Shown: in pieces, positions 20,255 through 29,553 of the stretch | Position numbering within the stretch: position 1 is the stretch's first letter | How the letters are laid out: the number at the start of each line of letters is the position of its first letter | From: a virus | Strand: one strand, 5' to 3' | IMG/VR virus record: IMGVR_UViG_3300024265_000039 | Location: 22,109 to 86,108 of that record | Length of the DNA: 64,000 nucleotides | Notes under the pieces: model-generated | Databases searched by the model: none | Told to the model about the DNA's origin: nothing | What the model saw: the letters and a program-made list of their open reading frames with translations, nothing else | Translations under genes and position numbers: made by a program

Positions 20255-20548
20255 CTACTCGAAATGCATAACGCTGACAACAACATTGGGGGTAGCTGAC
20301 CAGGGCGATGTTAACTGCCCCAGTTGAATCTGCAACCCGTCGGGTAACCCGTCTGGGAATTCTCCAACCAGGAGCGCATCATCAGCCAGGGGGTAATCCA
20401 CCCACTGTTCCCATTCCCAGCCATCTTCGATATAAACGTCAATATCCTCACTGGCCGAATCCAACGCAATTTTGAGGGTATCGAATTCCCCTGGTTCACT
20501 TTCCGGGGGTGTTCCTGGCGCATTCACACAAACTATAAATTTCGCCAT
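20255..20548 (-). CDS. Acidic hypothetical protein
   Basis: AAGGAG RBS, 97 aa. Confidence 0.55.
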   Translation of the reverse strand: MAKFIVCVNAPGTPPESEPGEFDTLKIALDSASEDIDVYIEDGWEWEQWVDYPLADDALLVGEFPDGLPDGLQIQLGQLTSPWSATPNVVVSVMHFE

Positions 20549-20760
20549 TTCTGTTCTCCTTTCGGTGCTATCGTTTTATTGCCAGATACTCGGCATATTG
20601 ATCTAAATGGTCGTGTAAATCTCGGAGCGTTTCCCCAATCCACACCACACTCTATCATTTTTGTACCTATAGATTTGGACATAATAGTTCCTTTCGTCGT
20701 CCGTTTAAACCCGGCGGTGTTGCTCGATGCCGGGCGTGGGGCGGTGGGGGATAGATTCTT

Positions 20761-21021
20761 TTATTCGGTCTCTCGCTCGCTATGCATTCTACAGACGATT
20801 GCCTGGGTGATCGTATCGGCGAGTTGCTTATACATGCTCTCAAATTCGAGTGCAGTTAGCAACTCGTTATCGACGCAAAATTGCGCGGTCTCTCCCATGT
20901 CCGCATTGATTGCAGCAACGCCCTTTTTGGTGAATTCTTTTGTCTCCTCGCTATAGTTGGAGCAATCAATCAATGATTCGATTAATGCAATCGCTATCGT
21001 ATTTACTGGCATCGCTCTCAC
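20761..21021 (-). CDS. Hypothetical protein
   Basis: First gene after the promoter at 21048-21076. Confidence 0.5.
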   Translation of the reverse strand: MRAMPVNTIAIALIESLIDCSNYSEETKEFTKKGVAAINADMGETAQFCVDNELLTALEFESMYKQLADTITQAIVCRMHSERETE

Positions 21022-21047
21022 TCCCTATATAATCTAGCCTTGCTTAC

Positions 21048-21076
21048 AGTATAACACAGTTCTAAAAAAAAGTCCA
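21048..21076 (-). promoter_or_regulatory. Sigma70-type promoter
   Basis: TGGACT-17 nt-TATACT with extended TG. Confidence 0.6.
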
Positions 21077-21103
21077 TACCTTTAACCCCCTAAAATCAGG
21101 GGG

Positions 21104-21876
21104 TCATCTGCTATTGTCCCGGTGTGTCCACTCATACAGTTCCTGCATCAGCATTAGATCGGATACCCACTTGGGATCATGTGCTACAGCTTCGTCGTAG
21201 GTAGGGATACGAGAATACTTGCTGGCACGATATAGCTGCCAGCCTCGTTGCACTACGCTTACGGGGTGATCGAATCTCCAATCATCCCCAACCCCATACG
21301 TCTCTCTCGCGGTTCCCGCATCTTGAAGCCAGCCGACCAAGTTTACTCGGACTTGCTTGCGGCGTTCCCTGAGAAAGGGTCTGCCGCCTCTTCCGGGGTT
21401 AGCTCGGCCTCCAATTTCCATTCTGGGGGAGGCGTCCATACCACCAGGGCTTCATACAGAGCTTGTCGCCACCCTGCTACCCCATCGGGAAGGCTGCGGC
21501 TGGCTGTACGCCCGTAAAGGATGTGGTTGCCGATGCGTTCTTTGAAGAATGCAAAACATTCTTCCGGGGTGCGCATTCCAATGACCATATTCCACAGTTG
21601 CTCCAGCCCCTGAATATCATCCGGGGTATCTTCGTGCCAGTCGAATATGAGCGATTGCGTGAGGGTAATGCAGTCTGCATATAATTCGATGTAGACTCGT
21701 CTGCCTTGGTCATCCGTAGAAATAGAATCCACGCCTTCATATTCGCAGAGTCGGCGTGCCAGCGCCTGGGATTGCAGATCGGTGTCATAGGTACGGTAAG
21801 CGGCAAATTCGCCGGTAACCATCCCGTGCAGGAAGGCGACGCTGTTAGTTCGGCTTGGCTTTCGTTGTAGTGGCAT
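21104..21876 (-). CDS. Tail assembly chaperone pair (gpG 21343..21876; gpGT via -1 frameshift to 21104)
   Basis: Follows the major tail gene; slippery C CCT TTC at 21373-21379 joins ...ADPF to LRERRKQVRVNL... Confidence 0.75.
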
Positions 21877-21924
21877 ATGTTTCTCCTCTTTTCTTATGCC
21901 CCAGCGAAAGCCGGGGCATGGTCT

Positions 21925-22224
21925 TTACGCATCGTGCTTTTTGCCAGCCGCAGGTTTACGAACGCTAACCGCTTTCTCCTGGCCTTCTGCCCAGGCAACA
22001 ATCGTGTCCCGTTCTTCTGGCGGGAGAGCGCCAACCCCGATAGGCAATAGATAAAAAAGGCTGGTCCCTATTCGGCAAGTAGTGAGCGGTTGCCCTTTTT
22101 GCCGGGTGAACAATGCGCCGGTTGCATATCGTTTCGGCCATGTTACCGCATTCCCGGCTTCATTGCACGTCCCGGTTATGTCCTCGAACCCAATTTCCTT
22201 GGCTTCCATTTCCTCAGATTTCAT
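21925..22224 (-). CDS. Hypothetical tail-region protein
   Basis: 99 aa with RBS. Confidence 0.5.
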   Translation of the reverse strand: MKSEEMEAKEIGFEDITGTCNEAGNAVTWPKRYATGALFTRQKGQPLTTCRIGTSLFYLLPIGVGALPPEERDTIVAWAEGQEKAVSVRKPAAGKKHDA

Positions 22225-22236
22225 AATTGATCCTTC

Positions 22237-23136
22237 CTATACGGCAACGTAGGCCGTCTCGTAGAGCGCGGTAAGGACGTTAGTCGCAGCAACGGTCAGC
22301 GCTGTTCCAACGGCAATCGTAGCGGTGGCTGTCGTGATCGTGTCAGCCACACCTTGGGTTGCGGTATCCGTCGCCACCACATATTTTACCAGATGGCATT
22401 TGGTACTACCAGCCGACCCCACAACTGAGGATATTGGTTCATAGGCTCCGATAATGCTGGCGTCAGTGCCAGTCACCCGATGGGTCGCCATGTAAAGCGG
22501 ATTGGCGGATATTAAATGGTAGTGGCTCAGGGTATTGTTGGTCGCGCCCAGATTGGTGGAGAACGGTTCTCCGTTCAGCCTTCGCCCAGCGCTACTGGGT
22601 GTCACCTGGAACGCATAGTCTCCCGCCGACTGGAATGCCGGCGCGTTTTGCAAGCCCTTCGGTGCACACCAACAACGTGGGACAACTGTCTGGATATAAT
22701 AGGTTTGCCCGAAAGTTGCCACCTCGAACGATTGCATCCGGTAGATGAACATCAGGGATACCTGTGGGCGATCTTCGGCCATCGGGTCCTCAGTTAATTC
22801 CGTCCACTCGTCGTTAGTCACTTGGTTGACATTAGTCCCAGTGACCAACGCTATCAAATCTGCGTCCAAATCCTGCATCGTGAATTCAAACGATCCCAGC
22901 GAAGTCATCCCATATTGAAACGATGTGATCCAAGTATCGCCCCCCGTGAAATCGATGGTGGTGCGATCTGGCAATGGGATGTTGCTTTGTTTGGGGTAAT
23001 CCAATACGAGGGGGAGTGTGGTCACCCCGTCAGCGATACCTGACCCGGCAATCCCATACGAAATGCCGTCACTGCCGGTCAGTTGCACCAGCACTTTCCA
23101 GAGGCCGTGTGCTCCACCCTTTTTAATCATTGCCAT
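22237..23136 (-). CDS. Major tail (tube) protein
   Basis: 299 aa, T/G/A-rich, between neck genes and tail chaperones, strong AAGGAG RBS. Confidence 0.7.
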   Translation of the reverse strand: MAMIKKGGAHGLWKVLVQLTGSDGISYGIAGSGIADGVTTLPLVLDYPKQSNIPLPDRTTIDFTGGDTWITSFQYGMTSLGSFEFTMQDLDADLIALVTGTNVNQVTNDEWTELTEDPMAEDRPQVSLMFIYRMQSFEVATFGQTYYIQTVVPRCWCAPKGLQNAPAFQSAGDYAFQVTPSSAGRRLNGEPFSTNLGATNNTLSHYHLISANPLYMATHRVTGTDASIIGAYEPISSVVGSAGSTKCHLVKYVVATDTATQGVADTITTATATIAVGTALTVAATNVLTALYETAYVAV

Positions 23137-23162
23137 TGTGATTTATCTCCTTACTATGTCGA

Positions 23163-23657
23163 TCAAACTAAGACTTCCAACGCCTGCTCGATCGTTACGA
23201 TTGTCACAGTGATTACACATCCCCAGAACGGAGATTCGTTTCCTTTTTCCAGAGGGACTAGAACATCTCGGCGTAAACGAAACGACTCTACCCCCGCCAG
23301 CGCAGGCAAGTCCGCAGCTTCCAGGGTACGAGTATTGCTGAATTGTAACTGCGACCGCTTGATGAAATAGGTAATCACCGACGCGGTCAGTGATCGGTTT
23401 TCCGTCTCCGCTTCCGCATCAGTTACAGCGCCTTGCCCGAACTTCTTCCCATGGATTTCAATAGTGTAGATTTCGGTTGGCTTCTCCACCTGGGACGCGA
23501 CGGGGGGGTAATCCCCGCTTCCCACTAAAATCAATGCCGCCGGACGCTGCGAATCGTCTAATGTCGCGACAAATTTGTCAGTAGCGAACACGAAACGGGT
23601 ATCCGAATCCTTTGCCATGATAGCCAGTCGCTGGGGTGCAGTCAGGATCAGCGTCAT
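23163..23657 (-). CDS. Tail terminator/completion protein
   Basis: Start MTLILTAPQRL; size and position before the major tail gene; RPAALILVG pattern. Confidence 0.55.
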   Translation of the reverse strand: MTLILTAPQRLAIMAKDSDTRFVFATDKFVATLDDSQRPAALILVGSGDYPPVASQVEKPTEIYTIEIHGKKFGQGAVTDAEAETENRSLTASVITYFIKRSQLQFSNTRTLEAADLPALAGVESFRLRRDVLVPLEKGNESPFWGCVITVTIVTIEQALEVLV

Positions 23658-23661
23658 GGGG

Positions 23662-24057
23662 TTATCTTTTACGCCCAGAAATTTGCTGTGTTCGGCGATA
23701 AAGGAGATGCAAGGACCGCAACCCTTTCGCATATTCGGGTTTGGCCCGACTTTCTCCCGGTATCGCCCTTAAGCTGCGCTGGAAGTGATTTCTAGCCTCT
23801 TTTGAATAGCGGACAAGCTCGGTGCTTGAACTTGGAAAAAGCCCTGACCCCAAGAGCAACTGTTCAACTACCGGTAGCACTTGGATTAGTATCCGATGGA
23901 TTTCCTCATCCGATCTTGCGTTGGGCCCTCTAGCCAAAGCATATAAGATGTTTAGCTTTCGCAGGGCCATTTTCATTTTCTTTTCGCCATACTTAATGGC
24001 ACGCATCTCCGCTTTTACCATTACTCTGATTTCTGCTCTTAATTGCGGGTTCATCAT
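23662..24057 (-). CDS. Basic helical protein, cassette copy B
   Basis: R/K-rich; N-terminus MMNPQLRAEIRVMVKAEMRAIKYG paralogous to 24197..24580. Confidence 0.75.
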   Translation of the reverse strand: MMNPQLRAEIRVMVKAEMRAIKYGEKKMKMALRKLNILYALARGPNARSDEEIHRILIQVLPVVEQLLLGSGLFPSSSTELVRYSKEARNHFQRSLRAIPGESRAKPEYAKGLRSLHLLYRRTQQISGRKR

Positions 24058-24196
24058 TTACTCCTTACATTATTGATCGGGTATGGATACGCAAGATCGT
24101 GGCGATATCCTTTGGAATAGACAACTCAACTCCGGTAGACATATCTGAAACGCCCTGGCGACCGCCGACGCTACTGTCAGGATGAGCGTCATGGGG

Positions 24197-24580
24197 TCAT
24201 AGCCCAGGTCTCATTACCCGCATGGCCCGTACCAATTTGGTCAATTTTCGGGCCGCAAAAACAGCTTCGCGTTGTCCCATCTTAGTCTCCGGCCCCCAAC
24301 GCAATACCTCCTCATAGGCACGCTGTACCTGCCTTGAGTGTTGGACGAGGATTGCTGTGGCGTTTGGGTCTATTTCTTGAAGCGTTCGGTCATCCTCCTT
24401 CAACCCTCTCAGTATGAACCGGATATGTTGTTTGGAACCACGCCGACCGCCATTAACTAGATTTGAATAACGCTTCCACCTCGTAAAGACTTTCTTCATC
24501 CTTGGCCCCCCGAACTTAGCGGCCCTTATTTCCGCTTTTATCACTACTCTGATTTCTGATCTCAACTTCGGGTTCATCAC
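24197..24580 (-). CDS. Basic helical protein, cassette copy A
   Basis: R/K-rich; MMNPKLRSEIRVVIKAEIRAAKFG; AAGGAG RBS. Confidence 0.75.
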   Translation of the reverse strand: MMNPKLRSEIRVVIKAEIRAAKFGGPRMKKVFTRWKRYSNLVNGGRRGSKQHIRFILRGLKEDDRTLQEIDPNATAILVQHSRQVQRAYEEVLRWGPETKMGQREAVFAARKLTKLVRAMRVMRPGL

Positions 24581-24587
24581 TTACTCC

Positions 24588-25733
24588 TTACATTATTGAT
24601 CGGGTATGGAGTTCTAAGATCGTGGCGATGTCCTTTGGAATAGACAACTCAACTCCGGTAGACATATCTGAAACGCCCTGGCGACCGCCGACGCTACTGT
24701 CAGCATCAAGCCATGTTTTAGCGATAGCCAAGCACGATTCCAGAATAGTCAATGGGACTTCATATCGGTATACAGGTGTGGTTGCGGAATGCGCCGTTGC
24801 CAGAGTGCCGTGCCTTCCCCGACGAACTATGATTTTGTTAGTATCGGTGTCAGTGCTGACCACCCACAACAATTCATCCTCAATGCGCAGCAGATCGTTT
24901 GTTTCAAAACGGGTGATTCCTACATCATCTGTACCGTCCACGTCGTCGAAGGTTAGTTCCGTATCGCCGGCGACTATTCCTCCGGCTTCAACTGTTTCCA
25001 GGGTATCCACCCAGGCATCTTCATATTGTTCGTTGTACCCCCACCATCCACTGATATAGATAGATGGAGAGTACCTTGTCAGGCCGGTCAGGATTCCGCC
25101 TGACCATAAATTCGGCCAGACTAATCGAATCCCCCATTTTGGCTGTACATTGTATTCAATCAGGTGGTAATCCACCCCCCCCACCAACGTATTCAGGTTC
25201 CGTTTGTTGATAGTGGTCGTAGCCGCATGGGTCGCGGCTTGGGTATCAAAGACCGCCCGTTTCACTGTGACGACATTGGTGCTGGTGTCGATCTCCCGAA
25301 CCAGCAGGGCTTCATTGGCAATCTCCAGCACATCCCCGACAGAAATACGCTGGTTTCCATTAGCGTCATTCCCGTCCACGTCAGTTACCGTGATCGTCAC
25401 GTCAGATATTGCCATCCCTCCGCCAGGAACCTCTTCCAGGGTATCGACAACCGTACCCATCGTCACCTGCACCCGGTCTGCCTGTAACAAATCGTACCGG
25501 ACATCCAGGTCTTCATCTGACATAGTGTGCAAACGAAGATCAAGAAACTCCATCGGCACATGGAATCTCCGCACCTCATAATGCGGGGAGAACCTTCGCC
25601 GGGTTACCCGGTCAATGTACTGGGTTGCCCGGCGAAGATAATCTGAGATTTTGCGTACCTCAGCCGCATTGGGAGTAGTCTCGTCGATTACTTTCATCCG
25701 CAAGTAATCGTTATACCTTGCGTAAGACAACAT
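24588..25733 (-). CDS. Head-tail adaptor with two copies of an inserted beta domain
   Basis: SYA...YLRRATQYIDRVTRRRF and WGY...VPLTILESCLAIA adaptor motifs; internal repeat DTLE...DVDG.D..G..R....D.L.I..E.L.V...DT.TN...V.R....T.A..H.A.T. Confidence 0.75.
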   Translation of the reverse strand: MLSYARYNDYLRMKVIDETTPNAAEVRKISDYLRRATQYIDRVTRRRFSPHYEVRRFHVPMEFLDLRLHTMSDEDLDVRYDLLQADRVQVTMGTVVDTLEEVPGGGMAISDVTITVTDVDGNDANGNQRISVGDVLEIANEALLVREIDTSTNVVTVKRAVFDTQAATHAATTTINKRNLNTLVGGVDYHLIEYNVQPKWGIRLVWPNLWSGGILTGLTRYSPSIYISGWWGYNEQYEDAWVDTLETVEAGGIVAGDTELTFDDVDGTDDVGITRFETNDLLRIEDELLWVVSTDTDTNKIIVRRGRHGTLATAHSATTPVYRYEVPLTILESCLAIAKTWLDADSSVGGRQGVSDMSTGVELSIPKDIATILELHTRSIM

Positions 25734-25751
25734 CGCCGTTGTTCCTTGAAC

Positions 25752-26522
25752 TTACCGGGTCGAGCCAATAACGACGTAATCAACATCCATTGCCCTGGCT
25801 GAGGTTGCGGTCAGATTGGTGATACTGATCCAGGGGGTCAACAGCGCCGTAGTCGCCACTGCCAAAGCATGTGTCGCTACCAGCGTCGGAGTCTGACCGG
25901 TGTAGAAATAGGCATTCCCGGCTGCATCAATCACAATGGAAAAATCACTATAGGCCGTAGAGGGAGCAGCCGTCAGGTCATCGCCTTGTTCTGTCCCTCC
26001 CCCGTTGACCGATACCGCCGAAAAGATGACCGACGTATCGTCATGATTGAACCCGAACAACGCTGCGTCATCGGCTACCGCCGTCGGCGTGGTATGTGAG
26101 GTGAACGCCTGACCATTGGTTTCGGACAGGGCATCGGACAACCCGATCTCAACACCACGCAAGGTAATCGCAGTGATCTGCTTAACACGAGCGCGGAAGA
26201 TGATCGGGCCGGAACTGACCAGCCAATGTAACCCCAAACAAAGCGTCGCATTGGCATTGTCATCGGTATGGGTAGTGAGCCGGATTGCCCCGGCAGCTTG
26301 CTGGTTCAGCGTAGCCGTCGAGGAAGTGGACAAATCGGTTGCCCATTCCGCCTTCATGGTATCGCCCAGGAAATCGTCGAAATAGCCGACGTGGTTGTGC
26401 GACCCGGCGTTTGACAGTAATGAAGCAAGCGCCTCATAATGAAACTCCAACGGGACGGGGGTATTATCCCGTAATCCCATTTCGTCGCCCATTTGCCGTC
26501 CTGCAATATTTACATTACTCAT
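25752..26522 (-). CDS. Head-associated beta-sandwich protein
   Basis: YFDDFLG...MDVDYV lectin-like pattern, downstream of capsid gene. Confidence 0.55.
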   Translation of the reverse strand: MSNVNIAGRQMGDEMGLRDNTPVPLEFHYEALASLLSNAGSHNHVGYFDDFLGDTMKAEWATDLSTSSTATLNQQAAGAIRLTTHTDDNANATLCLGLHWLVSSGPIIFRARVKQITAITLRGVEIGLSDALSETNGQAFTSHTTPTAVADDAALFGFNHDDTSVIFSAVSVNGGGTEQGDDLTAAPSTAYSDFSIVIDAAGNAYFYTGQTPTLVATHALAVATTALLTPWISITNLTATSARAMDVDYVVIGSTR

Positions 26523-26533
26523 GGGTCACGCTC

Positions 26534-26947
26534 CTATCCAAGCTGGGATGTCTGAGTATCCCAAGTGCTATCTTGGGTGATGTTCCCCTGGTTGCGGAGA
26601 CCACGTTTGATTTCGACCAGCGAGTATGTCCCGCCGCTCAGGGTCACCTTGAGGCTGACATACCTTTTCGCGGCAGTGATTTGGGCCGCATCTATCTCGA
26701 ACGTATAGATACGCCCGGCGGTATCGGCGGTTACGGCGGCGGTCAAAATATCTTCCGCGCTCGTACCGGAACTGTCTGTTGCAATAGATATATCTACCTC
26801 AACATCGCAAGATGCGTGCGAAATTAGCATGTAGACAATCCGTTCGGCGTCAGCAAAAACCTTTGACCATGATTGGGTATAGCTTCCGCTCAGGGCTTGC
26901 CCCAGCAACCTGATTTGTGTCTCGTCATGCAGTGTTCTGTAAGCCAT
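26534..26947 (-). CDS. Capsid decoration/cement-like protein
   Basis: 137 aa directly after the capsid gene; KRYVSLKVT motif. Confidence 0.55.
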   Translation of the reverse strand: MAYRTLHDETQIRLLGQALSGSYTQSWSKVFADAERIVYMLISHASCDVEVDISIATDSSGTSAEDILTAAVTADTAGRIYTFEIDAAQITAAKRYVSLKVTLSGGTYSLVEIKRGLRNQGNITQDSTWDTQTSQLG

Positions 26948-26960
26948 TGTGTTTGTACTC

Positions 26961-29180
26961 CTAGCTAGTGGCGATCTTGAGGACTTTGATCGCAGCCGGT
27001 TGGGTTACCTGCCCACCCAATCGTGCGCGTCCTAAAAAGAGCGCCTGATCCTGTACTGCATAGGCGCTATCGTCAAACCGTCGAATGCTGAATTCTATCC
27101 GCTTGCCGATGGTGTAGCCACGGCTCAAATCGCCCAGAATGAGCGGGAAAGCGTTGGCGGCGATGTCGTCAGCGAATTCGTTGTAGACAATCGGGCGGTT
27201 CAAAAGCGATGCGGGGATGCCCTGGTTCAAGCCTTGGTCATCGCCCCACAGATAACGACCGTTAGCATCTTTGATCTGAGCAATGATGTCGGCAGTATTG
27301 GAGTTCATGAACCATTTGGCACGCTTGCGGTATCCGGGCGGTAGCTGAAGCAGCATACTTCGAATAACATCTGGGTCATCCATGGTCGCGGCTTTCCCAC
27401 TGGCAAGGTAACCGGAGACACTGGAAACGGCGGTGCTGGCCGATCCGGTGACGCGGGTATCATTGACAATCCCCGACATTTTACCCTGGCCGTCACCACC
27501 CCAAATCAACTCCTCATATTCCTTGGCAATGGCCTCTGCGAATGATTCGGAGATCATCTCTTGCAGATCGAAGGCGGCGTCTTCCAGCGCGGATAGAGTT
27601 GATGTGGTACTGACAAGCGATACATGGATAGGCAATTGGATTTGCCCCAAGGTGATTTCCGAGATGGCTGAAGCTGCTTGGTTGGCAGGAGATTCCCCAG
27701 GCCAACTAACGCTACCTGAATAGGCACGACGGCCATCAGACGTAATCAGATCAGGGATCAGAACCCGATCACTTGACGTTTGGCGAACTTTACATTCCGC
27801 CGCAGTAACTGCATCGACCATGATGTTACGATTCAGTTCGCGCACAAAATCGTCAGGGACAGCAAACCCGATACTGCCTGATGTGCTGGTGTTGAGCGCC
27901 TTGATCGCCTGACCATCAGAATTGCGATGGCTATCAGCGCTCCCCATATCCCTTTCGCCACTCCGCAGGATATAACGCTGGGTTTCGTTCATATTGGGCA
28001 GACCGAAACGGATATATTGTACGAATGCTGACTTGTACGCCTTTGGCTGGTCGGCAGCATCCTGGACAACCCGGACGCGCCCCTGCCCTACCTGGTCTTC
28101 ACCGGGAGCGGTCATCTGCTCCAATTGGGCAACACGGTCTTCAAGTTTCTCGGTGTAGGATTTGCGGCCCCGTGTCTTTGTACGCGCCTTTGATCGACGA
28201 CGACGGGCCAACTTTTTCATCATGGCACGGAAACTTTTTTCTCCCGCTTCATCATCGTCGAGTTCGGCCATCATAGCTTCGACCGCTTCATCATCGTCGA
28301 GTTCGGCCATCACAGCGTCGTCGTCTTCATCAAGACCGTCCATCATCACGGCGTCTTCATCATCATCAAGACCGTCCATCATCACGGCGTCGTCGTCTTC
28401 GTCGAGACCGTCCATCGACACGGCGTCGTCATCATCGTCGAGACCGTCCATCGACACGGCGTCGTCGTCTTCGTCGAGACCGTCCATCATCACGGTATCA
28501 TCTTCATCAAGATCGGCGGCAATAGCCTCCACATCTTCTTCAGTAGCTCGATACCCATAAGTTTTCAGGGTATTGCGAACAAATTGCAACGTGCTTTTTC
28601 GTGGCATTGGTGGTTCTCCTTCAATTTGTGTTGACTTCGTAGATATGCCTTCCATCTGTGCGAGGTAAACATGCACAGGGTCAGATTCCGGCAAGACTGC
28701 CTTCATTGCCCGTACCGTAGTTTTATGCGGTTGCGCCGGTGTGGGCGTAATGCTTCCCTCGAATAGAGGCCATACTAAAATCTCTCCGTCAGGTGCAATT
28801 TTCACCAGATGGTCAATGCTTCCCGATGACCAACCGAACTGATGCTGCTTGATCGTCCCGTAGACTTCACGGGCATATTTGTTGGCGAGATCAATTTGCG
28901 CCTGCACCCATAACCCAACATCATCACGCTTCAATGTCTTGACCCTCCCGATTGGATCAAGACCCAACTTGCCGTCGAAACCATGATGAAATAGCAGAGG
29001 GTAATCAGGAAAATAGTCCAGACGTAACTCAGTTCGGGGGGTGAAAAACTGACCTTCTAAATCCGCATCCGTTGATTTTCCCCAGGCAATCAGGTAACCC
29101 TCGACAAGGCCATTGCCTAACGGTCGTGCCTTGACTCGTAATCCAGGGTGATGAACCATTGTACCGGGGGGTGCAACCAT
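26961..29180 (-). CDS. Prohead protease-scaffold-major capsid polyprotein (HK97 fold)
   Basis: Protease motifs VEGY..DLEGQFF..LLFHHG..GLWV..GWSSG..EGSITPTPAQP; capsid motifs GFAVPDDF, WFMN..IKDANGRYLW..LLNRPI..ILGDL..R.GG; AGGAGG RBS before ATG 29180. Confidence 0.92.
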   Translation of the reverse strand: MVAPPGTMVHHPGLRVKARPLGNGLVEGYLIAWGKSTDADLEGQFFTPRTELRLDYFPDYPLLFHHGFDGKLGLDPIGRVKTLKRDDVGLWVQAQIDLANKYAREVYGTIKQHQFGWSSGSIDHLVKIAPDGEILVWPLFEGSITPTPAQPHKTTVRAMKAVLPESDPVHVYLAQMEGISTKSTQIEGEPPMPRKSTLQFVRNTLKTYGYRATEEDVEAIAADLDEDDTVMMDGLDEDDDAVSMDGLDDDDDAVSMDGLDEDDDAVMMDGLDDDEDAVMMDGLDEDDDAVMAELDDDEAVEAMMAELDDDEAGEKSFRAMMKKLARRRRSKARTKTRGRKSYTEKLEDRVAQLEQMTAPGEDQVGQGRVRVVQDAADQPKAYKSAFVQYIRFGLPNMNETQRYILRSGERDMGSADSHRNSDGQAIKALNTSTSGSIGFAVPDDFVRELNRNIMVDAVTAAECKVRQTSSDRVLIPDLITSDGRRAYSGSVSWPGESPANQAASAISEITLGQIQLPIHVSLVSTTSTLSALEDAAFDLQEMISESFAEAIAKEYEELIWGGDGQGKMSGIVNDTRVTGSASTAVSSVSGYLASGKAATMDDPDVIRSMLLQLPPGYRKRAKWFMNSNTADIIAQIKDANGRYLWGDDQGLNQGIPASLLNRPIVYNEFADDIAANAFPLILGDLSRGYTIGKRIEFSIRRFDDSAYAVQDQALFLGRARLGGQVTQPAAIKVLKIATS
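28245..28512 (-). repeat. Tandem 36-nt coding repeats (MMDGLDEDDDAV-like, about 7-8 units)
   Basis: Directly visible in DNA and protein. Confidence 0.9.
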
Positions 29181-29194
29181 AGGGGAGCCTCCTG

Positions 29195-29238
29195 AAAAAA
29201 CAAAAGCCCCAACCTGTATGAGTAATACAGGTCGGGGC
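29195..29238 (-). terminator. Strong intrinsic terminator immediately before the capsid RBS
   Basis: GCCCCGACCTGTAT-TACTC-ATACAGGTTGGGGC followed by TTTTGTTTTTT. Confidence 0.8.
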
Positions 29239-29313
29239 ACATTTGTACGCAGACCAAAAACAAACTCGATTTCAGCCTACCACAAACAAAGGGGATTGCG
29301 CAACCCCCCAATT

Positions 29314-29553
29314 TTATTTGGTTTTCTTGGCCGGTTTCAACTTGTACGCTCTCTCTATTGCCCGGACAGCCTGCCACCGCCCCCGGCGAACTGACTCAAA
29401 ATATGCCTTCAAAGCGGCGGGAAGACGATCGAAATCCAATTTGTCAATCTCGCGTAATTCTTGAAGATAAGCCCGTCGAATAGCCTCCATCTGCAACCGC
29501 AGTTGGGTTTTGGAAATTTTGTCGTTAATGCTGGAACTGCGGTTGTTACTCAT
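29314..29553 (-). CDS. Small basic helical protein
   Basis: 79 aa, ATGA overlap with the upstream gene. Confidence 0.6.
   Translation of the reverse strand: MSNNRSSSINDKISKTQLRLQMEAIRRAYLQELREIDKLDFDRLPAALKAYFESVRRGRWQAVRAIERAYKLKPAKKTK

Larger units (their letters stand above)
23641..24703. repeat. Tandem duplication of a ~0.53 kb unit
   Basis: 24058-24180 vs 24581-24703 match at 117/123 nt; 23641-23662 vs 24176-24197 differ at 1 nt; junction microhomology GTCAG. Confidence 0.95.

Noticed and set aside
24058-24703. Near-identical repeat pair as a DGR template/variable repeat
   Set aside because: Mismatches are clustered and not adenine-specific, and no reverse transcriptase is seen in the window
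28245-28512. 36-nt periodic repeats as a CRISPR array
   Set aside because: No unique spacers; the repeats are contiguous, in frame and encode the acidic scaffold; no cas genes seen
29181-29240. N-terminal 20 codons of the capsid ORF as given in the track
   Set aside because: They overlap a terminator hairpin; AGGAGG points to ATG 29180 as the true start
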